Assembly (NCBI GenBank): GCA_965218585.1
Contig: CBDCLE010000009.1
Span: forward strand, 32,001 to 96,000
DNA: 64,000 nucleotides
From: Terriglobia bacterium
GTDB lineage: Bacteria; Acidobacteriota; Terriglobia; 20CM-2-55-15
Direction: 5' to 3'
Made by a program: the position numbers and the translations under genes. Shown in pieces: positions 29,816 through 40,729 of the stretch (its first letter is position 1; every line of letters starts with the position of its first letter). A model generated the notes under the pieces. It saw only the letters and a program-made list of their open reading frames with translations. It was not told the origin of the DNA and made no database searches.

Positions 29816-31180
29816 GAGGTCGTTCCAATCGGTGTGTAAAAAGAGAAGGCGGTGTACGCTTTCAGTGAATTCGAAACCGTAAGCAATCCCGGCAGCAATC
29901 GGGAGAAAGGTACACCACCCATGAAGAAGAAGAACATACCGGCATCAGTGGCGTCAACGAACGCGTATGAAGGTTTGGAGGACTGGGCGCGATCCCGGGT
30001 CCAAGTCTGGCTACAGGAGCTGCTCGAGGACGAAGTCACTCAATTTCTGGGTCGGGAAAAGTCGGAGCGGAGTCCGAATCGACGAGGATACCGGAACGGT
30101 CACGGGAAGCCGCGACGCTTCGCAATGATGAACGGTACGATGGAGGTTCGACGACCTCGGGTTCGAAACACCGCCGAGCGGTTCGAGAGTCAGATCCTGC
30201 CGTATTTTCGACGGAAATCGAAACAGCTGGGCGAGCTACTTCCCGATCTCTACCTCCACGGTCTGGCCACAGGGGACTTCGAGCAGGCCATGCGCGGACT
30301 GCTTGGCGCTGGCGCTCCGTTGTCGCGAGCATCGATCCAACGACTGAAATCGACCTGGCAGTTGGAGTATGACGAGTGGGTCCAGCAGGACCTGTCCGGC
30401 CTCGAGGTCGTGTACCAGTGGGCAGACGGCTTGTACGTGAAAGCGGGGATCGCGAAAGAGCGAGCGGCATTGCTGGTGATCATCGGAGCCTTGTCAGACA
30501 GGCGCAAAGTGCTGTTGGCCTGTGAGAGCGGGCAGCGGGAAAGCAAGGAGTCCTGGAGCCGCATTCTGCGCAATCTCCAGAGACGGGGCCTGAAGCTGGG
30601 ACGGCTGACTGTCGCGGACGGTCACCTGGGCATCTGGTCCGCGCTGGCCGAGCAACAGCCCCAGGGCCAGGAACAACGCTGCTGGAACCACAAGTCGATC
30701 AACGTGGTCGATCATCTGCCGAAGACCGAGCAGCCCGCGGCCAGACAGCTGCTTCATGGGATGGCCTTCGCGAACTCCCGCGCGGCCTGCGAACGAAAGC
30801 GGGATCAGTTCGTCCGCCGATATGAGAAGAACTATCCCAAAGCGGGTGAGACGCTGTTGCGGGACTGGGACCGGATGATTACTTTCTATGAGTTCCCGAA
30901 ACAACACTGGGTGCATCTGAGAACGACCAACATCGTCGAATCGCCCTTCGACATGGTTCGTCTCCGCACCAACGCCGCTCGCCGATTCAAGCGTGTCGAG
31001 AATGCAACGGCAATGATCTGGAAGCTACTACGTGTCGCTGAGAAGGCTTGGCGACACTTAAAAGGATCCGAACTCTTACAAGAGGTCTATGATGGTCAGC
31101 AATTCGCTGACGGCATCAGAGTCGTGATGAAATCGAAGGCCGCCGCCTGATGACTTTTACACACCTTTTGTAATGACCTC
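29816..31180 (+). mobile_element. IS256-family element, copy 1 (1365 bp)
   Basis: Imperfect 26-bp TIRs GAGGTC..GGTGTGTAAAA. 8-bp TSD CCCTACTC at 29808-29815 and 31181-31188. Confidence 0.95.
29921..31150 (+). CDS. IS256-family DDE transposase
   Basis: GYRNG, WADG, ADG, QRCW.H and RTTN..ES. Confidence 0.95.
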   Translation: MKKKNIPASVASTNAYEGLEDWARSRVQVWLQELLEDEVTQFLGREKSERSPNRRGYRNGHGKPRRFAMMNGTMEVRRPRVRNTAERFESQILPYFRRKSKQLGELLPDLYLHGLATGDFEQAMRGLLGAGAPLSRASIQRLKSTWQLEYDEWVQQDLSGLEVVYQWADGLYVKAGIAKERAALLVIIGALSDRRKVLLACESGQRESKESWSRILRNLQRRGLKLGRLTVADGHLGIWSALAEQQPQGQEQRCWNHKSINVVDHLPKTEQPAARQLLHGMAFANSRAACERKRDQFVRRYEKNYPKAGETLLRDWDRMITFYEFPKQHWVHLRTTNIVESPFDMVRLRTNAARRFKRVENATAMIWKLLRVAEKAWRHLKGSELLQEVYDGQQFADGIRVVMKSKAAA

Positions 31181-31275
31181 CCCTACTCCAGGCGTTTTGA
31201 CTATCTGCAGAAGCATCCTTGCTGTAAAGTAAGGCGATTTTTCAGCGAAACTCGTTTCTGTATGGAGGTCCAGAC

Positions 31276-32256
31276 ATGCGTCGAGTCTTGATCGCGCTAC
31301 TTTTATTGGTTCCCTTGTCGCTCACCATCGACGCTTCGGCTCAGGGCGACGCTGAAGCTGGCGGGATTCTCTGGCAGAACCGTGGCCTGAACCGTTGCGT
31401 GGATTGCCATGGCACGAACGGGGAAGGGGCTTTCGGGCCGGATCTGGCGGGACGTGGGTTGACGCTGGGCCAGTTCATACGGGCAGTGAGGGAGCCATGG
31501 GGCATCATGCCCGCCTACCCCCCGATCCTGTACAGCGACCAGGATCTCGCAAACCTTCATGCCTATCTGACGAGTCTGCCCCGAGTTGAAGAACCCGGGT
31601 CCTGGCGCATCCCGCTCCCACCCAACGCACCCCGCGCGCAGGAGCTACTGATCGGAGGCGTGGGCTGTGCACAGTGTCATGGGGATGGACTGGGGGGGCC
31701 CCGCGCCGACGCAGGTTCCCTCGACGCCGACTTCAAGTGGTGGAAGGACCTGGTCTACGACCACGCGACCACCATGCCGGGAGTTCGGGCGGACCTCGGG
31801 GAGAATCCCGGTCCCGTTCGGATGGGCAACTATTCGCGCGCGCGGTTGCCCGAGAGTGTTCTCGAAGAGATCTTCGTCTATCTTCATGACGTACTCGGGT
31901 ACCGGGTGGCTATTTCTTCGAGGGTAACGCGAGGGGATGCCCCCGGCTCCTACAACCTTGTGATCGAGAATGAGGGGAGGGAAGGACTCGGACTAACGGC
32001 TGAGAACATCAGTGTCACGCTTATGCTGCAGCCGGGCAGCAGCATTACCGATGCTGCCGGCTCCACCTTCCAGGGGATCGAGAGCGGCACCGAAGCGGTC
32101 TGGCGGATTCCGAGGTTGGGTCCCCAGGAGGAACAAGCCTATGCCTTTACCGTGGGCGATGGTGGAGGGATTGTGAGCGGCCAGGTCGTATGGCGCCGGG
32201 AGGGGAGAAGCGACCGCGACCAGGGTGCGGTCGCGATGCCCCCTGCGACTCCCTGA
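31276..32256 (+). CDS. Diheme cytochrome c with a C-terminal beta-rich domain
   Basis: Signal peptide, CVDCH and CAQCH. GGAGG RBS. Confidence 0.88.
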   Translation: MRRVLIALLLLVPLSLTIDASAQGDAEAGGILWQNRGLNRCVDCHGTNGEGAFGPDLAGRGLTLGQFIRAVREPWGIMPAYPPILYSDQDLANLHAYLTSLPRVEEPGSWRIPLPPNAPRAQELLIGGVGCAQCHGDGLGGPRADAGSLDADFKWWKDLVYDHATTMPGVRADLGENPGPVRMGNYSRARLPESVLEEIFVYLHDVLGYRVAISSRVTRGDAPGSYNLVIENEGREGLGLTAENISVTLMLQPGSSITDAAGSTFQGIESGTEAVWRIPRLGPQEEQAYAFTVGDGGGIVSGQVVWRREGRSDRDQGAVAMPPATP

Positions 32257-32392
32257 CGCCTCGTGAACTGGCCTGTGTGCGGTTGTCGGTCGTCCGTGCT
32301 TTCGGCTTCGAACTGCACCTGATACGTTCTTCGAACAGGGACGTTTGCGACTTCGAAAGCCGCCACGTCCGTTTACCCAGAATCGATCGTTT

Positions 32393-33880
32393 TCAGAACG
32401 ATGCCGGGACCACCCGAGCAGCCAGATAGAAGACTACAAGGGAAACCAGCGGAATGATTAACAGCGTAATCGCGATTCCGCCCTTCACCATCCGTCCCAT
32501 CCGCACGTAGCCGCTGGCGAACACCATTGCGTTGTACGGCGTGCCGATGGGCAGCGGAAACGCCATCGAAGCGGCCACGCCGACGGCGACCAACAACGGT
32601 ATCGGATCGATCCCGGCCGAAGAGCCAATGCCCTGTACCAGAGCTCCGACCATCCCGACTGCCGCGATATTTGACACGAAACTGGTCATCACGACGGTGA
32701 ACGTCACCAATCCGAACACGAAGACTATTTCCGAACCTGCCACTCCATTGAAGGCGATGATGCTCTGCTCAAAGAATTGCCCGAGTCCCAGGGTCGGGTC
32801 GGCGAGGGTGTTGCCTAAAGCGAGAGCTGCGGCGATCAATGCCAGAGTTCCCCACTCCACGCCCTTAACAGCTTCATTCCAGGTCATGGCAAACTCGCGG
32901 TTCTTCCAGTCCACTGGAAGAAGAAAAAGAACCGTCGCCATGATGATCGCCGTAACCGACCAACTGAGGTGTGTCGTCACCCAGACGCTCCATGGGTGAT
33001 CTCGTCCACCGGCCAGCAGCAGTGGAAGTACATCCGGAAGCAGCCAGAGCAGCATTGCCCCGATAAACACAAACGCCGAAAGCTTTTCTCCGAGTTTCCA
33101 TGGTCCGAGCTTTTTCAATTCGTCCTGAAGGAAAGACTCAGACAGCCACCGGTCCGGTCTCTCCGGTCGCAGGACATAGTGGATCACCCCGAACATCACT
33201 ACCAATCCAATCACCGACATCGGCACACAGATCACCATCCATTGAAGAAAGCCCACGCGATATCCGATTGAGTCTGCCAGGCCGATCGCGATCAGATTCG
33301 TCGGTGCACCAATCGGGGTGGCGATTCCACCCATCGTAGCGCCCCAGGCGATGGACAGGAACATAGCCTCCGGGTAACGGCTGCCTGGTTCCAAATTGAG
33401 CGTACTGACGAGTCCAAGTGCTATCGAAAGAAACACCATCGTGGTGATGACGTTCGAAAGCACAGGGCTCATGACTGCAGCGCCGACTCCGAATGCCATC
33501 AGGAGACGTCGTGGACTTCCACCGACCAGAGAGGAGCCCGCGATGTGGTACGCAATCCGGCGTGCAAGCCCATGCAACTTCACGGCATGACCAATGATGA
33601 ACGCTCCGAGGATAAATATGACGATCCAGTTGGACCAGGTGCTAAACGCGTCCTCTACCGAAAGAACCCCACAGAGGACGAGCATCGCTAACGCGAAAAG
33701 GGAAGTGGCCGGTATCGGGATTGTTTCAGAGAACCACCATGCGGCCGTCCAGAGGAAAATTCCCAGAGTCCGCATGCCTACAACCGTCACGCCATCCAAC
33801 GGAGGCGACAGGACCGATACAGCAAATAACAAAGGTCCCAGCCAAAGCCCGATCAGCTTCATGCGCTTCCTCCTGGACAA
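32393..33880 (-). CDS. DASS/SLC13 family anion transporter
   Basis: WW..E.IP, SN motifs, GG.ATPIG.PTN and P.GTP.NA. Multiple TM helices. Confidence 0.92.
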   Translation of the reverse strand: MSRRKRMKLIGLWLGPLLFAVSVLSPPLDGVTVVGMRTLGIFLWTAAWWFSETIPIPATSLFALAMLVLCGVLSVEDAFSTWSNWIVIFILGAFIIGHAVKLHGLARRIAYHIAGSSLVGGSPRRLLMAFGVGAAVMSPVLSNVITTMVFLSIALGLVSTLNLEPGSRYPEAMFLSIAWGATMGGIATPIGAPTNLIAIGLADSIGYRVGFLQWMVICVPMSVIGLVVMFGVIHYVLRPERPDRWLSESFLQDELKKLGPWKLGEKLSAFVFIGAMLLWLLPDVLPLLLAGGRDHPWSVWVTTHLSWSVTAIIMATVLFLLPVDWKNREFAMTWNEAVKGVEWGTLALIAAALALGNTLADPTLGLGQFFEQSIIAFNGVAGSEIVFVFGLVTFTVVMTSFVSNIAAVGMVGALVQGIGSSAGIDPIPLLVAVGVAASMAFPLPIGTPYNAMVFASGYVRMGRMVKGGIAITLLIIPLVSLVVFYLAARVVPASF

Positions 33881-34042
33881 TCTTCACCGATGTTGCCCGC
33901 AGAACCAGTGAGTTTAGAGCACTTTTCGAACCCCTGGGAGTCGAATTACCAAACCTCCACAGTCTGTTGAAATTTCTCGACATGATTGTGGGTTTACCAC
34001 ATACCGGACCGGGCTCTTGATGAGTAGTTTAGAATCAATTGA

Positions 34043-34128
34043 GCCTGGGTGGCGGAACTGGCAGACGCACCGGACTTAAAATCCGGAGTCCCTTACGGGA
34101 CGTGTGGGTTCGAGTCCCACCCCGGGCA
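34043..34128 (+). tRNA. tRNA-Leu(TAA)
   Basis: Cloverleaf with GCCTGGG/CCCGGGC acceptor, CCGGA-CTTAAAA-TCCGG anticodon arm, long variable arm and TTCGAGT T-loop. CCA is not encoded. Confidence 0.97.
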
Positions 34129-34234
34129 TTTCATTGCGATTAGTTAGTCACATGACGTTTTTGTCGTTCATCGTCAAATTCGGCTGACTTCGTCCGAACT
34201 ATTCCCGTGGACTCATTGAGGTAGGCTTCCACTG

Positions 34235-34395
34235 CTTGTGCCGCCGCCTTCACATCGTCCTCGTTCGTGATGTTGTAGCGGTCGAAAATCGAACTGGTTG
34301 GTGTCCGCAGATCGCCATTGCGACTCGTTCAGGAACGCTAGCACGGACGAGATTGCGAACACCCGTTCGCCTGAAGTCGTGTGTCCTCAGCGAGA
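34235..34395 (-). pseudogene. Tyrosine recombinase C-terminal remnant
   Basis: HDFRRTGVRNL..MAICGH (box II), then after a frameshift TSSIFDRYNI with the catalytic Tyr. The N-terminal part is absent. Confidence 0.85.
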
Positions 34396-34553
34396 CACGG
34401 TTGGTCGTCTGGGTGATAGCGGTCGCGATCGTGGAGGCTGGCTTCCTTAAGTTCGTCACCAACCTTCTTTCACCCGCCCCGCCTCAAATCGCGTCCAATC
34501 GGCTATATCTCCTTCTGTTTCAATGGAATGCTGCGACATCCGAAGCTCACCGA

Positions 34554-34593
34554 TTCTCAACGTCCGACAAGATCGTTTGCGAGGACTTGAGAA
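34554..34593 (-). repeat. 40-bp cassette-end site, left end of cassette 1
   Basis: Reverse complement TTCTCAAGTCCTCGCAAACGATCTTGTCGGACGTTGAGAA matches the sites at 39185, 40783, 44133 and 48340. Confidence 0.85.
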
Positions 34594-34669
34594 TTTAATA
34601 GCGCCTAACTTACTCCGCTAGTATCCTTTACCGAGTTTTTCACGGCTTTTCCAGCGACACACGTAAATC

Positions 34670-34714
34670 ATGCAATCCGGCGCCAAACTCGGCCACTACG
34701 AAATCCTGTCCCTT
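34670..34714 (+). pseudogene. N-terminal stump of a Ser/Thr kinase gene
   Basis: MQSGAKLGHYEILSL versus MESGTKLGHYEILDL at 44274, with a similar upstream leader (CGACACAC..AAA..ATG). Confidence 0.8.
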
Positions 34715-35033
34715 AAATCCCCCGTGCGACGGCCTGTGGCCACGCGCCAGGTTTACATAACGCCGCATTATCATGACGTTCTCACCGCTGCCATAGTCGT
34801 CGCGCACTGCTTGAAAGGCTTATCCGCAGAATCCAACCACATATAATACCCGCTAGAATCGGAGGTTTTTCGACGGCTATTACGTCTTCTTTGATTAGAA
34901 GTGTGTGGGAACGCTCTGAATCATGAGAGGCGGCTAAAAATTACCCATTGAGCATTATTCCTAGGAAAATGAGCTACTGTTACAAATCTATAATTGATAC
35001 AATACCTGCAATCTCAAGTAGCAGGAGGCTATC

Positions 35034-35342
35034 TTGAAAGTCCAGCTGAAACAGCGAGACTTGGCTATTGTCAGTGATGCACTGATGCTGTTTGTGCCAA
35101 GTGCGCCTCGCCGAAGACGACTTTTTCGTGAAACCTCTCGAATGTTCCAAGAGGCAGAAGCGAGTCAAGATCTCGAAGTGAGCCCGACCCATCTTGAAGC
35201 AGCACTGGATGCTGTAAAGGCGTATGCAAGACAAGTGCCAGAGCACCGACGAAATAGAGTAGAGGATGCTACAGCAACGATCCTTGAGATGCTGTTTCGT
35301 CAACATAGATCCTCATTTTCAGGGGGGAGTTTCACCACGTGA
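35034..35342 (+). CDS. Hypothetical helical protein, similar to an internal domain of 36343
   Basis: AGGAGG RBS before TTG. Aligns by eye with residues ~110-197 of the 36343 protein. Confidence 0.65.
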   Translation: MKVQLKQRDLAIVSDALMLFVPSAPRRRRLFRETSRMFQEAEASQDLEVSPTHLEAALDAVKAYARQVPEHRRNRVEDATATILEMLFRQHRSSFSGGSFTT

Positions 35343-35495
35343 ATTGCTCCCCTGAGGGTCCGGCAGTCTCTTTTTTTGCGTTCAGGCTGTCGGACCCAAA
35401 AGATTTCAGAGAAGGTGTTCTGTCCAGGGTGATCCTCAGAGAAACTGCCTTTTAGAAAACCCGTGATGACTTGCTCGGAATTCATAAGTGAACTA

Positions 35496-36307
35496 GGGCG
35501 TGTTAACACTACGTAGTCCTCGACGATGAGTGCGAAGTGAAGGAAGGCGAGGAACATGACGTCGAGTTTATCGAAACGGGAAAAGATACGCCGAAAACCC
35601 TTGAGTCGGCGGAAGAGCCTCTCGACTTCGTTCCTGCGGCGGTAGAGCACGCGGTCGTATTCCCACGGCTCCAGGCGGTTGCGCTTGGGCGGCACGACGG
35701 GAATCCACCCAAAATCCAGAGCCAATTGGCGGGTCTGGTCGTCCTGGTAGGCACGGTCCATCAGCAGCGGCAGCGGCGCGGGCAACGGCCCCAGGCCGGC
35801 GAGCAGATCGCGGCCCTGCGGGGCGTCGTGCGCTTGGCCGGGCGAGAGCGCAAACGTTATCGCCGTTCGAGCATTCGCGGCAACCAGATGAATCTTGGTG
35901 GTCCATCCACCGCGGGATTTGCCGATCGCTTGCGGACCGTTTTTTTTAACGCTCCCGTGCCGTCGGGATGCACCTTCACAATGGTCGAGTCCATCGAAAC
36001 GGCTTCCACCCGGATGCGCACCAGTTGCTCGCGCTGGAGTTTTTCGAAGACGGCGTCGAGCACCCCGTTCTTGGACCAGCGGTTCATCCGGGTGTAGATG
36101 GTGTGCCAGTTGCCAAAGCGCTTGGGCAGACCGCGCCACTTGCAGCCCTGCTCAGCCACATACAAAATGGCGTTCAAGACCGTCAGGTTCGAAAGACTGA
36201 CGTTGCCCCGCTGACGCGGCAGTTCCGGCTCGATGCGACAATACTGCTCCTGTGTGATCTCCATGCCTGATTATAAAACATTCATGCTCATTAGTGTTAA
36301 CACGCCC
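35496..36307 (-). mobile_element. IS5-family (IS427-like group) element, 812 bp, two-ORF transposase
   Basis: TIR GGGCGTGTTAACACTA in a CTAG context at both ends. orfA 35857-36264 and orfB (KNGPQAIGKSRGG, DRAY, R..VER.F..LK.FR) are joined at an A8 slippery site (~35940). Confidence 0.92.
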
Positions 36308-36342
36308 TAGACAAGGTTCATCATCTGTTCAAATGGAAACTT

Positions 36343-39120
36343 GTGTCCGACACTGGTGCCGAATCGGAACAGAGATCTCAATCGCGCTTCTGGATCCGGG
36401 GCACTAGTAAGGATAAACCCGACGGCTTCGTATTCGAAGCGATTGGTGCGGTTTGCTACATACGGACAGCGAAGCAGTATGGTGTTGACAGTTGGATGGA
36501 AGCAGCCAACACACTTGGGTTGTCGGACATTGATGCCAGAGACTTGTGTGCTGCCTCAAACGACTCGACCTGGCGGACCATGGATGGACGGCGCGAGCCA
36601 GATCCACGATTGCAGTCGCTAAGGGAACAACTGGCGGAAGCAGTTCGTCTCAGAATATATATAGAGCCCAAGTTAGTCCTCCGCTTCAGCCAGGAGGAAT
36701 TGGTTGTTGTCGTCGGTGCGTTAGTTTCATTTCCTATCACCCAGCCTGAACAGGGTCAACCGTATTTGCGGGCACTGAATGCATTCCGAAGGGCAGCCGG
36801 CTTTCAACCCTTCGAGGCGACTCTCGAAAACCTTGAAGCCGCATTACGAGCGCTGGTCTCTCATAGGGACCGAGTGGCTCCCGAGCAACGCGATGCCATA
36901 GAAAGCGTTGCGGCCAAGATTGCCAGTATTTCATTGGCTCAATCTCGACCTAGGGTGGATCGTCAGGCGGATGAAGTATTCATCAACAGGCATCCGATCT
37001 TTCAGTCGAATCTCAATACTTTCGCCTACGAACTGCTTGCCGAAAGGGAAAATGCGACCGGCTATCTCGTCGTCACCCAAACCATCCTGGACAGGTTCAC
37101 AGACCAAGGACTGGATCAGTTCGTGGGCAATCGGCTGGCGTTCATCAGTGTGTCGCAGGGAGCCATTAAGGCCGGCCATTGCGATGCTATGACCAAGGAA
37201 CGCACGATTCTGGAAGTGCTCGACGGCGCCGAACCGGACAAAGACCTGTTCCGCGCACTGACGAAACTCTTCAATCAGGGTCATCGGATCGCTATAGCGG
37301 ATTCGCTCATACGGTGGAGCGACTATCCACTAGCCTCAATAGCGAACGTCATCAAGTTCGATCTTGCGGATCTCGGAAGGCTTGCCATCGAAAACCGTCT
37401 AGAAACCCTTAAGGAAGTTAAATCACAGTTATTGGCGGATCACGTGGAAACTCATGACGATTTTGAATTTGCTCGTGGTGTGAGCTTTGATTATTTTCAA
37501 GGCTCCTTTTTCTGCAAGCCCCACATTACGGGCCAAGTTATTCCGGTCAACCGCCTGGCCACGATGCACTTGCTGGTACGAGTACGAGATCCTGAAGTTG
37601 ACCTTCAAGAACTGGGAGAAATGATCAGCCAGGATTTGCCACTAGCTTTCAAGTTGCTCGAGTTGAGGTCGTTCCAATCGGTGTGTAAAAAGAGAAGGCG
37701 GTGTACGCTTTCGGTGAATCCGAAACCGTAAGCAATCCCGGCAGCAACCGGGAGAAAGGTACACCACCCATGAAGAAGAAGAACATACCGGCATCAGTGG
37801 CGTCAACGAACGCGTATGAAGGTTTGGAGGACTGGGCGCGATCCCGGGTCCAAGTCTGGCTACAGGAGCTGCTCGAGGACGAAGTCACTCAATTTCTGGG
37901 TCGGGAAAAGTTGGAGCGGAGTCCGAATCGACGAGGATACCGGAACGGTCACGGGAAACCGCGACGCTTCGCAATGATGAACGGTACGATGGAGGTTCGA
38001 CGACCTCGGGTTCGAAACACCGCCGAGCGGTTCGAGAGTCAGATCCTGCCGTATTTTCGACGGAAATCGAAACAGCTGGGCGAGCTACTTCCCGATCTCT
38101 ACCTCCACGGCCTGGCCACAGGGGACTTCGAGCAGGCCATGCGCGGACTGCTTGGCGCTGGCGCTCCGTTGTCGCGAGCATCGATCCAACGACTGAAATC
38201 GACCTGGCAGTTGGAGTATGACGAGTGGGTCCAGCAGGACCTGTCCGGCCTCGAGGTCGTGTACCAGTGGGCAGACGGCTTGTACGTGAAAGCGGGGATC
38301 GCGAAAGAGCGAGCGGCATTGCTGGTGATCATCGGAGCCTTGTCAGACGGGCGCAAAGTGCTGTTGGCCTGTGAGAGCGGGCAGCGGGAAAGCAAGGAGT
38401 CCTGGAGCCGCATTCTGCGCAATCTCCAGAGACGGGGCCTGAAGCTGGGACGGCTGACTGTCGCGGACGGTCACCTGGGCATCTGGTCCGCGCTGGCCGA
38501 GCAACAGCCCCAGGGCCAGGAACAACGCTGCTGGAACCACAAGTCGATCAACGTGGTCGATCATCTGCCGAAGACCGAGCAGCCCGCGGCCAGACAGCTG
38601 CTTCATGGGATGGCCTTCGCGAACTCCCGCGCGGCCTGCGAACGAAAGCGGGATCAGTTCGTCCGCCGATATGAGAAGAACTATCCCAAAGCGGGTGAGA
38701 CGCTGTTGCGGGACTGGGACCGGATGATTACTTTCTATGAGTTCCCGAAACAACACTGGGTGCATCTGAGAACAACCAACATCGTCGAGTCGCCTTTCGA
38801 CATGGTTCGCCTCCGCACCAACGCCGCTCGCCGATTCAAGCGTGTCGAGAGTGCAACGGCAATGATCTGGAAGCTACTACGTGTCGCTGAGAAGGCTTGG
38901 CGACACTTAAAAGGATCCGAACTCTTACAAGAGGTCTATGATGGTCAGCAATTCGCTGACGGCATCAGAGTCGTGATGAAATCGAAGGCCGCCGCCTGAT
39001 GACTTTTACACACCTTTTGTAATGACCTCACTCGGCAACCTTACTGGTGCGAAGATCCGAGATCGTTACCTGGATTCGGTAAGCTGGGCTCAAACGCATG
39101 CCGAAGGGCTGAGCATCTGA
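36343..39120 (+). pseudogene. EAL + modified HD-GYP (HDOD) protein (YuxH/CdgJ-like) with N-terminal extensions, broken by IS256
   Basis: R.PIF...AYELL, LADHVET and FDYFQG.FF.KP, then the HDOD start. A C-terminal remnant (LGNLT..RYLDSVSWA..*) resumes at 39031-39120. Confidence 0.8.
37665..39029 (+). mobile_element. IS256-family element, copy 2 (transposase 37770-38999)
   Basis: Same TIRs and length as copy 1. No matching TSD (CTCGAGTT versus ACTCGGCA). Confidence 0.95.
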
Positions 39121-39184
39121 AGAGCTTGTAGATTGTTTGCCATTGGCTGGCGGCTTAGGGGAAGTTAGCGGAGACGAAGATGAC

Positions 39185-39281
39185 GGTTCAAGTCCTGTTA
39201 AATCATCTTGTCGGACCTTGAGAACCCCCGTTTTTAGGCCTTTCTCACTGTCCAACGATGTCGTCTCCCAGGACTTGAGAA
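39185..39281. repeat. Cassette junction: two inverted 40-bp sites (39185-39224, 39242-39281) with a 17-bp spacer
   Basis: Forms a long imperfect hairpin and is homologous to 40783-40880. Confidence 0.85.
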
Positions 39282-39322
39282 TTTAATAGCACCTAACTCA
39301 CTCCTCTAGTATCTTTTACCGA

Positions 39323-39442
39323 AACACGCAGAACGACGCCAACCACATCCACAGCGTGTGGCGCGACTTCAACGGCGATTTCGGCGAGGACCTGCTGGCC
39401 TCCCAATACCGGGCGCACCCGCATCTCGCGCCGGAGGAATAG
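39323..39442 (+). pseudogene. 3' fragment of a DUF3500-like gene
   Basis: [25 protein letters not shown] begins abruptly right after the cassette leader. Confidence 0.65.
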
Positions 39443-39457
39443 AGGAGGAATACAGCT

Positions 39458-40729
39458 ATGTCGATTCGATTCCCAGCACTCGTGATCACGCTACTCGCGC
39501 TCGTGCCCTCGACCTTATGGTCGCAGGCGGCAGACGGCCCCGAGGCGCGCTGGACGATCCTGCACGCCGGCACGGTGCTCCCAGTTCCTGGAGAGCCACC
39601 GCTGACCCAGCAGTCGGTCGTCATCCGGGGCGATCGGGTCGACCGGCTCCTCCCCGGCTATGCGACCGCCGAGTCCCTCGGCCTCGATCCGGCCGGGGTC
39701 GACGTGATCGACCTGACGGAGTATTTCGTCCTGCCGGGCCTCATGGACATGCACGTGCACCTCACCGGCGGAGCGCCCAGCGGGGTTCCGTCCGAGGCCG
39801 CCGACCTGTACCGCCTCACGGGGGGCATCGTCAACGCCCGCCTGACGCTGCGGGCCGGCTACACGACGGTGCGCAACCCCGGCTCGACGGGATGGTCGAT
39901 CTTCGCGCTGCGCGACGGCGTCGAGGCCGGCGATCTCGAGGGCCCGAGGATGTTCGTCGCGGGGCACACGATCCGCAGCTCTGCCAGCGACGGCTCGGGA
40001 TCCTGCTACAGCGTGGAGAGCTGCCATGAGGCGGTGCGGCGCCAGATTCAGATGGGCGCCGATCTGATCAAGGTCTACGTAACCTGCAGCGGGACCGACC
40101 CCTGCGCCCACCCGGACGCGCCGGCCCTCTTCCTCAAGGACGAGCTGGTCGCCGCCGTGGAGACAGCTCGGACGCGCGAGCTGAAGGTGGCGGCACACGC
40201 CCATACGACCGCCGGCATCAACCTGGCGCTGGAGGCCGGGGTCGACTCGATCGAGCACGGCTCCTGGCTCGACGAGCGCTCCTACGAGCTCCTGGGTCAG
40301 ACCGGCGCCTACCTCGTGCCGACGCTGGCAGTGAAGGAGGTCATGCGGCAGAGGCTCGACCAACAAACGCCGGAAAATCGCGCACGGCTCGAGGCCTCTA
40401 TCAGGGAGCACCCGCGGAAGGTCTTCAAAGCTTTCCAGGCCGGCGCCAAGATTGCGTCGGGCAGCGACGCCACGGGCTCGCGGAATGGCGAGAATGCGCG
40501 CGAGCTCGAAACCTACGTCGACATCGGCCTGACCGAAATGGAAGCGATCGTCACCGCGACGGTCAACGCGGCGGCGCTGCTGGGCGAAGCCGACCTGGGC
40601 ACGCTCGAGGCCGGCAAGTTTGCGGACGTCATCGCCGTATCGGAGAACCCGCTCGAGAACATCTCGGCGTTGACCGACGTCGACTTCGTCATGAAGGGCG
40701 GCACCGTCTACGTGACCCTTCGCGACTGA
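39458..40729 (+). CDS. Secreted metal-dependent amidohydrolase (Xaa-Pro dipeptidase-like)
   Basis: PGL.DMHVH, IK (carboxylated Lys position), AAHAH, IEHG, GSD and G.LE.GK.AD. Visibly GC-rich. Confidence 0.92.
   Translation: MSIRFPALVITLLALVPSTLWSQAADGPEARWTILHAGTVLPVPGEPPLTQQSVVIRGDRVDRLLPGYATAESLGLDPAGVDVIDLTEYFVLPGLMDMHVHLTGGAPSGVPSEAADLYRLTGGIVNARLTLRAGYTTVRNPGSTGWSIFALRDGVEAGDLEGPRMFVAGHTIRSSASDGSGSCYSVESCHEAVRRQIQMGADLIKVYVTCSGTDPCAHPDAPALFLKDELVAAVETARTRELKVAAHAHTTAGINLALEAGVDSIEHGSWLDERSYELLGQTGAYLVPTLAVKEVMRQRLDQQTPENRARLEASIREHPRKVFKAFQAGAKIASGSDATGSRNGENARELETYVDIGLTEMEAIVTATVNAAALLGEADLGTLEAGKFADVIAVSENPLENISALTDVDFVMKGGTVYVTLRD

Noticed and set aside
35300-35495. C-terminal extension of the IS5 orfB as a fusion protein
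   Set aside because: It is simple read-through past the TIR into flanking DNA, probably from a lost stop codon.
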